A stretch of DNA of 38,527 nucleotides. Source: a virus (Duplodnaviria; Caudoviricetes). The position numbers were made by a program, and so were the translations under genes. Shown piece by piece: positions 24,396 to 33,285 of this stretch; the first letter of the stretch is position 1, and each line of letters begins with the position of its first letter. Under the pieces are notes generated by a model, which saw nothing but the letters and a program-made list of their open reading frames with translations, ran no database searches and had not been told where the DNA came from. The stretch is taken from the IMG/VR virus record IMGVR_UViG_3300027798_000002, positions 1-38,527 of that record, one strand, 5' to 3'.

Positions 24396-26166
24396 GCATT
24401 TAAGCCTGGTGTCTCAAGTTACTGGTGGGGACAACGTCCCTATTTTCGATAGCGGATCACTGCGCACTCGTGCATGTACCATCGATATGATTAGCTTGTA
24501 CGTGTCAGGAAAAGTTTTTCCGGTGGGTGGTAGTCTATCCAGCGGTAACTTAACTCTGCAGTTCGGCGATGGGTCGACGTTCGTTATTGGCAATGTTAAG
24601 TCAACCGGCCTTGGCGATATGCCAGTAACTTTAACTCCTGGTCAGTTTCTACGGGTTAATAGCTTCGGCACCGGTTATGAGCTTGTTGCTGAGCCAGCAG
24701 TTGGCACACAGATCACTGTAAAGAACAACAACATCACAGCCGGATTCGCCGATACTCTCAATGTGAGCGGGAACGCTTCATTCACCTCTGTTTCTGGGGG
24801 TCAGGCAAACCTTAATGTTAATGCGGTAAAAGTTGCTTCCGGGGTTGCAGAAGATGATTTACTTAAGTTCGATAGCGTCAATAATCAGCTGATCCCTACC
24901 GGAGTCAAAGTAACTAATGATGGATCTGTGATTGCTCAACCTAACTCATACCTGCTCGGCGGCGCACATGCCATTAGTTCCGGAGGAGAGAATATATTCT
25001 TCACAAACCTGTTTAATCCGGGAACTTATATTCCGACATGGCAAAAGATTGATATCACATCATCCCCGCTTCCAACATATCGCAACTACACGGACGGTAG
25101 CGCTAGCGATTTAACTCTCGAGTCATCTACAGCGGATGTATTAACTAACCCGTCATACGTCATTACAGCTACAGCAAATAGGCGTCTATTCTCTGCAACT
25201 ATTTTGCCAGCATCAAATCAGACCAACGTTATTTTTGAGCTGATATGCAATGGTGTTGTGGTGTGGAAAAAGAATGTAGGTTCATTGGTTAATAACGCCA
25301 ATAAAGTAATTGTGTTCGCCGGGTATTCTTCACCTATCGATGTTGCTTCCGGGCAAATTTTTACCACGAATGTTTATAGTGCTAATGGAGCGGTAACCCT
25401 GCGTGGTAGTTTGGCTAATAACCGCCCATACCTAGTTATAAATCAGCGCACTTATGAAGATGTTCCGATTGGCAACATGAATAAAAGCACGTATGACCCG
25501 ATGAATATCTCAGGGGATGCATTCCTTCGGTCTAACCATACCGGCTCACAACCAATATCTGCCACAACAAACCTTCAATCATCCCTTGATGTGAAAGTTG
25601 ATAAGGCAGTTGGATTTGGGTTGTCCAGCAACGACTACACCACGGCAGAAAAGAATAAGTTGGCTGGTATCGCTGTTGGTGCCGATATGCTCAAGTCAGT
25701 CTACGATACCACCAATGATGGCGTTGTTGATAACGCCGCCAAGGTGAATGGAGTTGACACTGCTGGCAGTAGGTTCTACTACGGGACGAATGCTGCTGGG
25801 ACACCTGGGTTCTTCAACCTTAACTTCCGGTCAGTGAGTAACGTTGGTGCTGCCGAGCGGCCATTCAACGCCACGTTCATCCCAAGCGCCACCCGCGATT
25901 CTATGGTCTACTACACCATCAACATGGCAGTAAGCGCAAACAGCGCCACGGTTTCAAATTCTCGAGTGGATATCCAGGTGGCAGGATCTACTGTTGATAG
26001 TATCGAAACCGCAATTAGTGTCACAGCAACAGTTGGGGTAGCCACAATAAATCTTACAGAGAAGAAAATAATATCCGCCTATGTCCCAGCCGGGTCAACT
26101 GTCCGGCTTGTGACATCTGGCACCATTACACCAACGTTATTATCAGGGCAGGAGGTACTACTATAA
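24385..26166 (+). CDS. Putative fibre/adhesin protein
   Basis: 593 aa, beta-rich S/T/N/G composition; fibre-type motifs [43 protein letters not shown]. Confidence 0.6.
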   Translation: MEIRHLSLVSQVTGGDNVPIFDSGSLRTRACTIDMISLYVSGKVFPVGGSLSSGNLTLQFGDGSTFVIGNVKSTGLGDMPVTLTPGQFLRVNSFGTGYELVAEPAVGTQITVKNNNITAGFADTLNVSGNASFTSVSGGQANLNVNAVKVASGVAEDDLLKFDSVNNQLIPTGVKVTNDGSVIAQPNSYLLGGAHAISSGGENIFFTNLFNPGTYIPTWQKIDITSSPLPTYRNYTDGSASDLTLESSTADVLTNPSYVITATANRRLFSATILPASNQTNVIFELICNGVVVWKKNVGSLVNNANKVIVFAGYSSPIDVASGQIFTTNVYSANGAVTLRGSLANNRPYLVINQRTYEDVPIGNMNKSTYDPMNISGDAFLRSNHTGSQPISATTNLQSSLDVKVDKAVGFGLSSNDYTTAEKNKLAGIAVGADMLKSVYDTTNDGVVDNAAKVNGVDTAGSRFYYGTNAAGTPGFFNLNFRSVSNVGAAERPFNATFIPSATRDSMVYYTINMAVSANSATVSNSRVDIQVAGSTVDSIETAISVTATVGVATINLTEKKIISAYVPAGSTVRLVTSGTITPTLLSGQEVLL

Positions 26167-26297
26167 TGTCACTTAAGAAAGGTAATTCGGCCAAGATTAT
26201 TTCATCTAATATCAAAACAGAGATGAAGGCCGGGAAGCCACAGAAGCAAGCAATCGCAATTGCTATGTCAAAGGCTGGGAAGTCGAAGAAGAAATAA
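26166..26297 (+). CDS. Small basic protein (43 aa, [28 protein letters not shown])
   Basis: Widespread phage mini-protein motif; GGAGG RBS; not in the ORF track. Confidence 0.75.
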   Translation: MSLKKGNSAKIISSNIKTEMKAGKPQKQAIAIAMSKAGKSKKK

Positions 26298-26316
26298 ATA
26301 ACCATCACTAACAACT

Positions 26317-26343
26317 GGGGCTTAAGTGCCCCTTTTTGTTTTA
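26317..26343 (+). terminator. Intrinsic terminator
   Basis: GGGGC-TTAAGT-GCCCC-TTTTTGTTTT. Confidence 0.85.
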
Positions 26344-26437
26344 GTATGCGGCATCTTTAGTTAAGTAAAACTCTTGACATGTCAATAAACCCCAAGATGA
26401 TGTAGACTAGTATCTATATTCATCTGGGGGTTTTGTT

Positions 26438-28225
26438 ATGGGGCAAATCGTACAATTACCATTAATAAAAGGAGACGGGAAGTCTCGTTATAGCATGGAT
26501 TGGCTGGACAGGCTGCCGGTTAACATGCTTCCTGTACCAAAGCCGGTTAAAGGTGCAAATGGATATTTGCGCATGTTCCCCGGAATAGAGAAGAAAGCAG
26601 ATGCTAACGGTCTGTCTCGCGGCGTTCATTGGAATACCGTCAAGGATTCACCATATAGGGTCATGGGTAGAAAGCTATATCTCGATGGAGTTGAGATTGG
26701 TGATGTGTCTGGAGCTGCTCGCGTCTCTATGGCGCACTCCCGCACATCTCAGGCCGTGTCTGCAAACGGATATTTAACTCTTTATCGATACGAACCAAAT
26801 GATGATGGGGATTCTGTACTTATCTTTTCAAACTGGCCAGCAACTGAAACAACCCCAGCAACTAGCGAGATAATTGATCAGCGGACGCATGATAGTAATG
26901 GAGACAAATTAACGTTAACCGCTGCGCAAACCAATGGCTCTTTGGTGTTAAATATCACTCCAATTAATGGGTCTAACTCCATAGGGTCGGTGGTTAGTCT
27001 TTCTGAGTCTGATTGGGGGCCGGGCAAATCACAGACGCAGCCATCAGCAGGAATCCCATACCTTACCAACGTCACTGTTTCAGGAATAAAGTTCCCTGGG
27101 GCCACATTGACAATTAATTACACCTTTAATGCCAATGGCGGAAACACAACGGACTTTAGCCGCATTGAATGGGTGCAAAATATACCTGAGTCAGTAAAAA
27201 CAAATGCTCAATATGATTGGGGTGATGTTGGTGATGTATGTCGACTGCGTGGTCGCTATGTGTTTGCTCAGGAAGGAACAGATACATTCTGGGTTAGTTC
27301 GCTTGAAGATGAATCAAAACCTGACTTGATTGCTCCAGCATATCGAGCTGAATCAATGCCTGATGGGATACTAGCGGTAAGGGAGTGGCGTGATTACATA
27401 TTATTATTTGGCACAGCTACCATTGAATTTTTTGCCCTGACTGGCGATGCCAACAACATTCTTCGCTCTCAGCCATCTTACATGGTTAGATATGGCGTTG
27501 CTGGGCAGTTTGCTGTGTGTGATTACATGGACACTTTCGGGTTTGTGTCCAGCCCAGCTCGTGGGCAAGCTTCAGTGTACATGATGAGTCCGCAGGGTGG
27601 TTCTGCTGTTGAAATTGCCACCTATCACATAAAGACTATTCTTTCCGAATACACAACGGAAGAATTAAAATCAACTATATGTGAGCGGGTATACTTTAAG
27701 AATCATAAAGTTCTCCTGGTGCATTTGCCAAGTCACACCCTTGCATATGATGCAGAAGCATCACAACAGATCGGGCCTGCGTGGTTCATTTTAAAAACAG
27801 GAACAGATAATAATGTTTATCGTGGAATTGATTTTATGAATGAGGGCGCTGAAATAACTGTGGCAGATAAAGAAGAACCACTGATCGGGTCCCTTACTGA
27901 TAATCTATCAAGCCAATACGGAATTGACCAAGAGCTAATTTTATACACTCCAATGCTTCAAACCAAGGATGCGATAGTTTCTGATTTTGAGATAGATGCC
28001 AATACCGGAGCGGCGTCTTCAGTAACCCATGTGTTCGTGTCGGTAACTGAAGATGGAATAAATTATGGAATGGAGAAATTGGTTAACTATGATTCCCCTT
28101 GGAAGTGGTTGAGCCGGACGCTATGGCGCAGAGTTGGGAGGGTTAGAACGCAGATGGGGTTTAAGATTAGGATGGTTGGTGCAACTCCGGCAACGCTCGA
28201 AAACTGTAGTGTGAGGTTAGATTAA
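26438..28225 (+). CDS. Tail hub (P22 gp10-like) with internal insertion
   Basis: QLPLIKGDGK, LPVNML, GYLRMFPG, RVSMAHSRTSQAV, YRAESMPDGI, WRRVGRVR. Confidence 0.93.
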   Translation: MGQIVQLPLIKGDGKSRYSMDWLDRLPVNMLPVPKPVKGANGYLRMFPGIEKKADANGLSRGVHWNTVKDSPYRVMGRKLYLDGVEIGDVSGAARVSMAHSRTSQAVSANGYLTLYRYEPNDDGDSVLIFSNWPATETTPATSEIIDQRTHDSNGDKLTLTAAQTNGSLVLNITPINGSNSIGSVVSLSESDWGPGKSQTQPSAGIPYLTNVTVSGIKFPGATLTINYTFNANGGNTTDFSRIEWVQNIPESVKTNAQYDWGDVGDVCRLRGRYVFAQEGTDTFWVSSLEDESKPDLIAPAYRAESMPDGILAVREWRDYILLFGTATIEFFALTGDANNILRSQPSYMVRYGVAGQFAVCDYMDTFGFVSSPARGQASVYMMSPQGGSAVEIATYHIKTILSEYTTEELKSTICERVYFKNHKVLLVHLPSHTLAYDAEASQQIGPAWFILKTGTDNNVYRGIDFMNEGAEITVADKEEPLIGSLTDNLSSQYGIDQELILYTPMLQTKDAIVSDFEIDANTGAASSVTHVFVSVTEDGINYGMEKLVNYDSPWKWLSRTLWRRVGRVRTQMGFKIRMVGATPATLENCSVRLD

Positions 28226-28950
28226 TGGCTAATGAAAACCTAAACAATAGCATTGAACTAAGGGGTGGGAGGATTGAATCAGTGAGCTTCCCTCCAGGGT
28301 CACCAATGCCTTTTGTTGAGGCTTTGGTAAACAGAGGTGATGATGTTGAGGCTGTCGCTTCCAAAGCTCAGGATGCCGCTAGCGGTGCATATGATGCGCA
28401 GATAAGGAATGATGAGCAAGATATTATCCTTAATAGGCACGAGCTTAGGATTGGTGATTTAGAGGTATCAGTATCCAATCATGAAATTAGGATCACGTCT
28501 AATACTGATGCAATATCTCTATTAGATGTCAGGGTAACAACGGCAGAGAATGACATTCTTATTCTGCAAGGGTCAGTATCAGGAATTCAAGGTGATTACG
28601 TTTCAAAATCAGCTACCACTGATCAGGTTGTTCAGTCAGGAGGGGGTGGGCTAATCATTGGTTCCGTTGCGATACCATCGGCAGATAAGCTTCAAATAGG
28701 AGGATCTGCAAATGCATCAGTCTCTTATAAAGTATCAGGGATTAAAGTAGTTGGGGAAAGGGTTAATGGATGGACAGCATCAACTGGTACTCAGTATAAA
28801 GGCGCTTTCAATGCTGACGCAACTTTTGCTGTTGACTCTGTTTATGTGCAAGCTCAAATGCAATCAATTTCATTCACGCTGACTCAGACAAGGCAAAGAA
28901 TGAAGGCCTTAGAGGATGCTCTATTTTCTCATGGGTTGATTGGGGCATGA
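28225..28950 (+). CDS. Tail needle (P22 gp26-like)
   Basis: GAYDAQIRNDEQDIIL, heptad repeats, DYVSKSAT, KALEDALFSHGLI. Confidence 0.92.
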   Translation: MANENLNNSIELRGGRIESVSFPPGSPMPFVEALVNRGDDVEAVASKAQDAASGAYDAQIRNDEQDIILNRHELRIGDLEVSVSNHEIRITSNTDAISLLDVRVTTAENDILILQGSVSGIQGDYVSKSATTDQVVQSGGGGLIIGSVAIPSADKLQIGGSANASVSYKVSGIKVVGERVNGWTASTGTQYKGAFNADATFAVDSVYVQAQMQSISFTLTQTRQRMKALEDALFSHGLIGA

Positions 28951-29345
28951 ATATGATGTCAATCGTTGATCATGAAGAAGGATCTAAATTAATGAGGGTC
29001 TGGGGGGTCAATGACTGGGTTGATCCAGGTGCTGAATATGTTGTTTATGATGAATGCTGTATTTTTGCTCTTGTAAATCAAGGCGAATACATTGATCTTC
29101 ATATGGCAATGGATAAAGCAAGGAGGTCGGAGTGTAGAGAGGCAACAAATGCCATTCTTGATATAATAGGACATTATAAATTAAGAGCTGTTATTTTGCC
29201 AAATAGCTTTGGGGCGATAAATCTAGCAAAGCGAATGGGATTTCATGGTAAAGAGGTAGTCGCGTTGAAAGATATTTCTGGTGATATTATTGATTTCGTA
29301 ATTATGTGGCGAGAGCCGGAGGTTAGGAATGGGTGGTGCAATTAG
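28947..29345 (+). CDS. gp14-like virion assembly protein (GNAT-like)
   Basis: Synteny; DLHMAM and LAKRMGF motifs. Confidence 0.7.
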   Translation: MNMMSIVDHEEGSKLMRVWGVNDWVDPGAEYVVYDECCIFALVNQGEYIDLHMAMDKARRSECREATNAILDIIGHYKLRAVILPNSFGAINLAKRMGFHGKEVVALKDISGDIIDFVIMWREPEVRNGWCN

Positions 29346-29994
29346 TGGTACCGGCGGTGCGATTAGTGGAATTCTTGGTGGTATTGGCGCAAATAAGGCC
29401 GCCAAGCAACAAGAGAGCGCTCAACAGCAAGCTATGCAGCAAACTCAGCAGGGTTACAACAGCGCAGTAGGTTGGATGCAACCATATGAAACTGCTGGTA
29501 ATTCAGCCCTGTCTGGATTAACTAGTCTGGCTGGAAAACCTTTAGATAGAGCTGATTTGCTTAACAATTACTATAATAGCCGTGAGTTTTCTGATTTATC
29601 ACAGCAAGCTAGAGGGCAGCAACTAGCCGCAGCAGAAGCGACAGGTGGACTTGGTTCATCAGCAACAAACAATGCTTTAGCATCAATTGCGCCAGCTCTT
29701 GGGCAGAACTATCTGGCAGATATGACAGACCAGCAGCAGACTATGTATAACCAGCTTCTTGGTCTGTCTAATATGGGGGCTCAATCTGCTAATGCTCTTG
29801 GTAATTATGCCGTTGGACAAGGGAATACAATGGCTGGACTTACACAACAGCTCGGCCAAATTAAAGCTGGGAAGGCAGCGCTCCCATGGCAAGTTGCAGC
29901 GAGTGCAAACAATAGTATGGCGCAAGGCGCATCTCAGGATGTCAATAAATTTACTGGAATTTTCGCTAATATGTTTGGTGGGGGTGGGTTCTAA
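29329..29994 (+). CDS. DNA ejection protein (gp7-like)
   Basis: LNNYYNS.EF..LSQQAR.QQLAAAEATGGLGSSAT.N.LASIAP.LGQNYL. Confidence 0.9.
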   Translation: MGGAISGTGGAISGILGGIGANKAAKQQESAQQQAMQQTQQGYNSAVGWMQPYETAGNSALSGLTSLAGKPLDRADLLNNYYNSREFSDLSQQARGQQLAAAEATGGLGSSATNNALASIAPALGQNYLADMTDQQQTMYNQLLGLSNMGAQSANALGNYAVGQGNTMAGLTQQLGQIKAGKAALPWQVAASANNSMAQGASQDVNKFTGIFANMFGGGGF

Positions 29995-31223
29995 TGGCTA
30001 ACGGCGGCTTAGGTGCACCTATTGATTACTACGGCATGATCCCTGATTTTCGCCGTGAAGCATTAATGGAAACTCAGAATGCATTGGGGCGGCAACAAAT
30101 AGCCCAGAATGATCAGGCGCAGCAGCAACAACAACGAGCACAGCAACAACAGGCGTTATTTGCCCAGGATTTCCAGAAGGCATATACCTCTAATGACCCG
30201 AAAGAGATTAACGCTCTGGTGGCTAAATATCCTGGGCAAATGAAAACCATTCAGGATGGTATAGGAATTAAAGACGAACAACAAAAAATAGCTGTGAATA
30301 ACTTCGCCAATCAGCTGACAATGGCTAGACAATCTGGAAATCCAGAGGCTATAGCTCGCGTCCTGTCGACTAATGCTGAGGTTGCACAGAGCATTGGCGT
30401 TGACCCAATTGAGGCTATGCGAACGGCGATAGAACGGCCAGAAGAGTTCGACCAGTTAACCAGCGCTGTTAGATTCGCCACGATGCCTATAGAGAAACAA
30501 TATGACATTGAAGATAAGCAGTCTCAGCGTGATATCCAGCGCGAAGGGTTAGATGTTCAGCGTAGAGGACAGGATATTACTTTGCGTGGGCAGAATATTA
30601 GTTCGCAGAATGCCGCTCTTGACCGTGAAATTAAACGAGCTGAAATTGAAGACAAAACACTTGATCGGCAGATTGCCAGGGAGACAAATCTTGCAAAGCT
30701 TGAAGAGCTAAAGGTAAAGCAGCAAGAGGCAAGAGGCAAGGCTGAACAGGCCAGAGCAGATAAGCAAGCTACAGCGCAAGGGGCGGTGGATACTTTCGCT
30801 ACAGCGTTGGATTCACTTAATGAGATAACAAAATCCCCCGGACTGAGCAAGGCGGTTGGCGTAAAATCAGCGTTCCCAACAGTTCCAGGAAGCGATGCTG
30901 CTAACTTTGAGACAAGGCTTGATACATTCAAGGCCCAGACATTCCTGCCAATGGTGGCATCACTAAAAGGAATGGGGGCCCTTTCTGATGCTGAAGGTAA
31001 AAAACTATCAGAAGCAGTTGGTGCGCTAAACCCAAGAATGAGTGAACCTGAGTTCAGGAGGTCAGCGGATAAAATCAGGCAATCACTGGAAGGAAAATTA
31101 AACACAGTGAAGAAACAATATAATTATCAGGAGACAGAGCCCTCTCAAACACCCGCTAAAACATCGCCACAGCCTACAGCGCCTCAGCAGGGTAATACAG
31201 TTGCATGGGGGGATTTGCCATGA
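29994..31223 (+). CDS. DNA ejection protein (gp20-like)
   Basis: RRGQDITLRGQNIS, LKGMGALSDAEGKKL; synteny. Confidence 0.85.
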   Translation: MANGGLGAPIDYYGMIPDFRREALMETQNALGRQQIAQNDQAQQQQQRAQQQQALFAQDFQKAYTSNDPKEINALVAKYPGQMKTIQDGIGIKDEQQKIAVNNFANQLTMARQSGNPEAIARVLSTNAEVAQSIGVDPIEAMRTAIERPEEFDQLTSAVRFATMPIEKQYDIEDKQSQRDIQREGLDVQRRGQDITLRGQNISSQNAALDREIKRAEIEDKTLDRQIARETNLAKLEELKVKQQEARGKAEQARADKQATAQGAVDTFATALDSLNEITKSPGLSKAVGVKSAFPTVPGSDAANFETRLDTFKAQTFLPMVASLKGMGALSDAEGKKLSEAVGALNPRMSEPEFRRSADKIRQSLEGKLNTVKKQYNYQETEPSQTPAKTSPQPTAPQQGNTVAWGDLP

Positions 31224-33148
31224 ATGTAACATTACCCAATGGCACCGTTATTCAAGGTGTGCCAGAAGGGGCGACAAAAGAGCAGGTAATGCAAAAGGCT
31301 ATCTCTGGTGGACTGGCGAAAGCTGAGGATTTCAATATACCCCATCAGCAGCAACCATCACAGCCAGTTAAGCAAGAAGAGTCCGGGTTGATAAGTAGAG
31401 GATTATCAGCTGTAAAAGAGGCTTTTACTGGGTCTGATCAGATGACTCCACAAATGGAACAGCTACAGCCGGTAGGGAATGCACCTGAGCTTAACGAGTT
31501 GTCAATGAATGCTGCCAAGATGGGGCTTGCTCAGCTATTTGGCTCAGATAAGTCTCAAGAGCAAATACTGCAACAGATGGGCGCGAAGATTAGACAGGAC
31601 GAGAAAGGTAACTCTATCGTTGACTTGCCATCTGGTAGCTATGCACTGAATAAACCAGGTCTATCTCCGCAAGATGTAACCAGCGGAATTGGCGAGGCAC
31701 TGGCATTCACCCCAGCAGGAAGAGCTGCAACGGTACCTAGAGCTATCGCTGGCGCAGCAGGTACGGAGCTGGCAACAAAAGGCGCGGTACAGGCTGCAGG
31801 CGGTGAAGATGTAAATCCAATCGATGTCGGCATTGCTGGTAGTTTTGGTGGATTCGGTAAGGGCCTTGAGACTGCAGCCGGGGCATTATATAGAGGCATT
31901 AAAGGAGTGCCATCTGGTGAGCAGGCAGTGGCAAAGGAATTTGCTGAATCGGCTGGCGTGCCACTCATGACCAGTGATGTGCTTCCCCCTCAAACATTTG
32001 TAGGGAAATCAGCACAGGCAGCGGCTGAGAAAATACCGGTTATCGGTACCGGAGCGCCAAGGGCGGAGCAGCAACAAGCCAGATCAAAATTAGTAGAGGA
32101 TTTTTCAAGCAAGTTTGGCGACTATAGCCCAGAAGAAATGGTTTCAAGCCTAAGGAGACAAACAAGTAAAGTGCGCAGTGCCGCCGGTGATCGCCTGTCT
32201 GGAATCAATGAGGCGATGCAAGGGTTTTCAGTAACGCCCGCAAAGGCATTGGCACAGGTTAATGATGAAATAAGTCGACTAAGCCAACTTGGGAAAGTGG
32301 CTGATAACCAAACAATCCAAAAGTTGCAGAACTACCGGGATGAGCTGGCTTCTGGTGCTGACTTTGACAAACTTCAGCGGTTACGCACTCAGTTTAGAAT
32401 GGATGTTAAAGGAGAACGTCCGGTAATGCCAAATCAGTCGGAGGCCGCCGTTCAACGTGTATATCATGCAATGACAGGAGATATAGAAGATTCCGTGGCT
32501 GGACAGCTTGGCAATGAGGCCCTTAACAAGTGGAGGCAGGCCAACTCAATCTATGCCAGAGAGGCGCAGAACATAAAAAATACTCGGCTTAAATCTGTTC
32601 TACAAAAAGGAGATTTAACGCCTGAGGTTGTAAATAACATGCTATACAGCAATAAGCCCAGCGAAGTTAAGGCACTATACTCATCCCTCGACACCAAAGG
32701 TCGTGATGCAATGAGAGCAGGTGTTATTGCTAAAGCTTGGGAGAAATCAGGTGGAAGCCCAGATAGATTCCTTAATCAGCTTGATAAGCTTGTCACACAA
32801 ACAGGGGTGGCGTTTAAGGGAAAGGATAAGGCCTATGTAGATGGACTTAAATCTTACTTAGATCATACTCGTAGGGCCGGACAGTCTGGAGTATTAACCC
32901 CAACTGGGCAGGAGATATTCCAGTTAGCTGCTCCCGCCGCGCTGATAGGTGATGTTATGGGAACTGGCGGGGCCGGTACAATGACGGCGGCATCGCTTGG
33001 GGGTATTGCCAGGATATATGAAAGCAAGCTGGTAAGGAATGCCCTGCTTAGATTGAACAGCATCAAGAAAGGCACCACTGCATTCGAGCAGCAAGCAGCT
33101 AAGGTTCAGTCTTTGATGACATCTTCTTTGCAAGCTTCTCGCGATTGA
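31220..33148 (+). CDS. DNA ejection protein (gp16-like)
   Basis: YALNKPGLSPQD, TSDVLPP, KGDLTPEVVNN, YESKLVRNALLRL. Confidence 0.88.
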   Translation: MNVTLPNGTVIQGVPEGATKEQVMQKAISGGLAKAEDFNIPHQQQPSQPVKQEESGLISRGLSAVKEAFTGSDQMTPQMEQLQPVGNAPELNELSMNAAKMGLAQLFGSDKSQEQILQQMGAKIRQDEKGNSIVDLPSGSYALNKPGLSPQDVTSGIGEALAFTPAGRAATVPRAIAGAAGTELATKGAVQAAGGEDVNPIDVGIAGSFGGFGKGLETAAGALYRGIKGVPSGEQAVAKEFAESAGVPLMTSDVLPPQTFVGKSAQAAAEKIPVIGTGAPRAEQQQARSKLVEDFSSKFGDYSPEEMVSSLRRQTSKVRSAAGDRLSGINEAMQGFSVTPAKALAQVNDEISRLSQLGKVADNQTIQKLQNYRDELASGADFDKLQRLRTQFRMDVKGERPVMPNQSEAAVQRVYHAMTGDIEDSVAGQLGNEALNKWRQANSIYAREAQNIKNTRLKSVLQKGDLTPEVVNNMLYSNKPSEVKALYSSLDTKGRDAMRAGVIAKAWEKSGGSPDRFLNQLDKLVTQTGVAFKGKDKAYVDGLKSYLDHTRRAGQSGVLTPTGQEIFQLAAPAALIGDVMGTGGAGTMTAASLGGIARIYESKLVRNALLRLNSIKKGTTAFEQQAAKVQSLMTSSLQASRD

Positions 33149-33227
33149 TTTGGGAAATTGCATCCTGGACTGATGACAAGATAACCCACAGTGCCCACAC
33201 TAATGGGAATGCTATTAATAAATTCAT
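33099..33227 (-). CDS. Antisense single-TM peptide (42 aa) at the sieA/immI position
   Basis: MNLLIAFPLVWALWVILSSVQDAISQINREKLAKKMSSKTEP; GGAG RBS; own promoter. Confidence 0.55.
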   Translation of the reverse strand: MNLLIAFPLVWALWVILSSVQDAISQINREKLAKKMSSKTEP

Positions 33228-33256
33228 TGCGGCTCCATTATTGATGTCGTAATTAA

Positions 33257-33285
33257 ATTCTAGTTAAAATAAGAGGTAACATCAA
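33257..33285 (-). promoter_or_regulatory. Leftward sigma70 promoter
   Basis: TTGATG-17 bp-TAGAAT. Confidence 0.55.

Noticed and set aside
26357-26402. TTGACA in the palindrome as a standard -35 in either direction
   Set aside because: No good -10 at 16-18 bp on either strand; kept only as a possible binding site
30557-31105. 182 aa antisense ORF and other minus-strand ORFs within virion genes
   Set aside because: Codon-symmetry shadows of conserved structural genes
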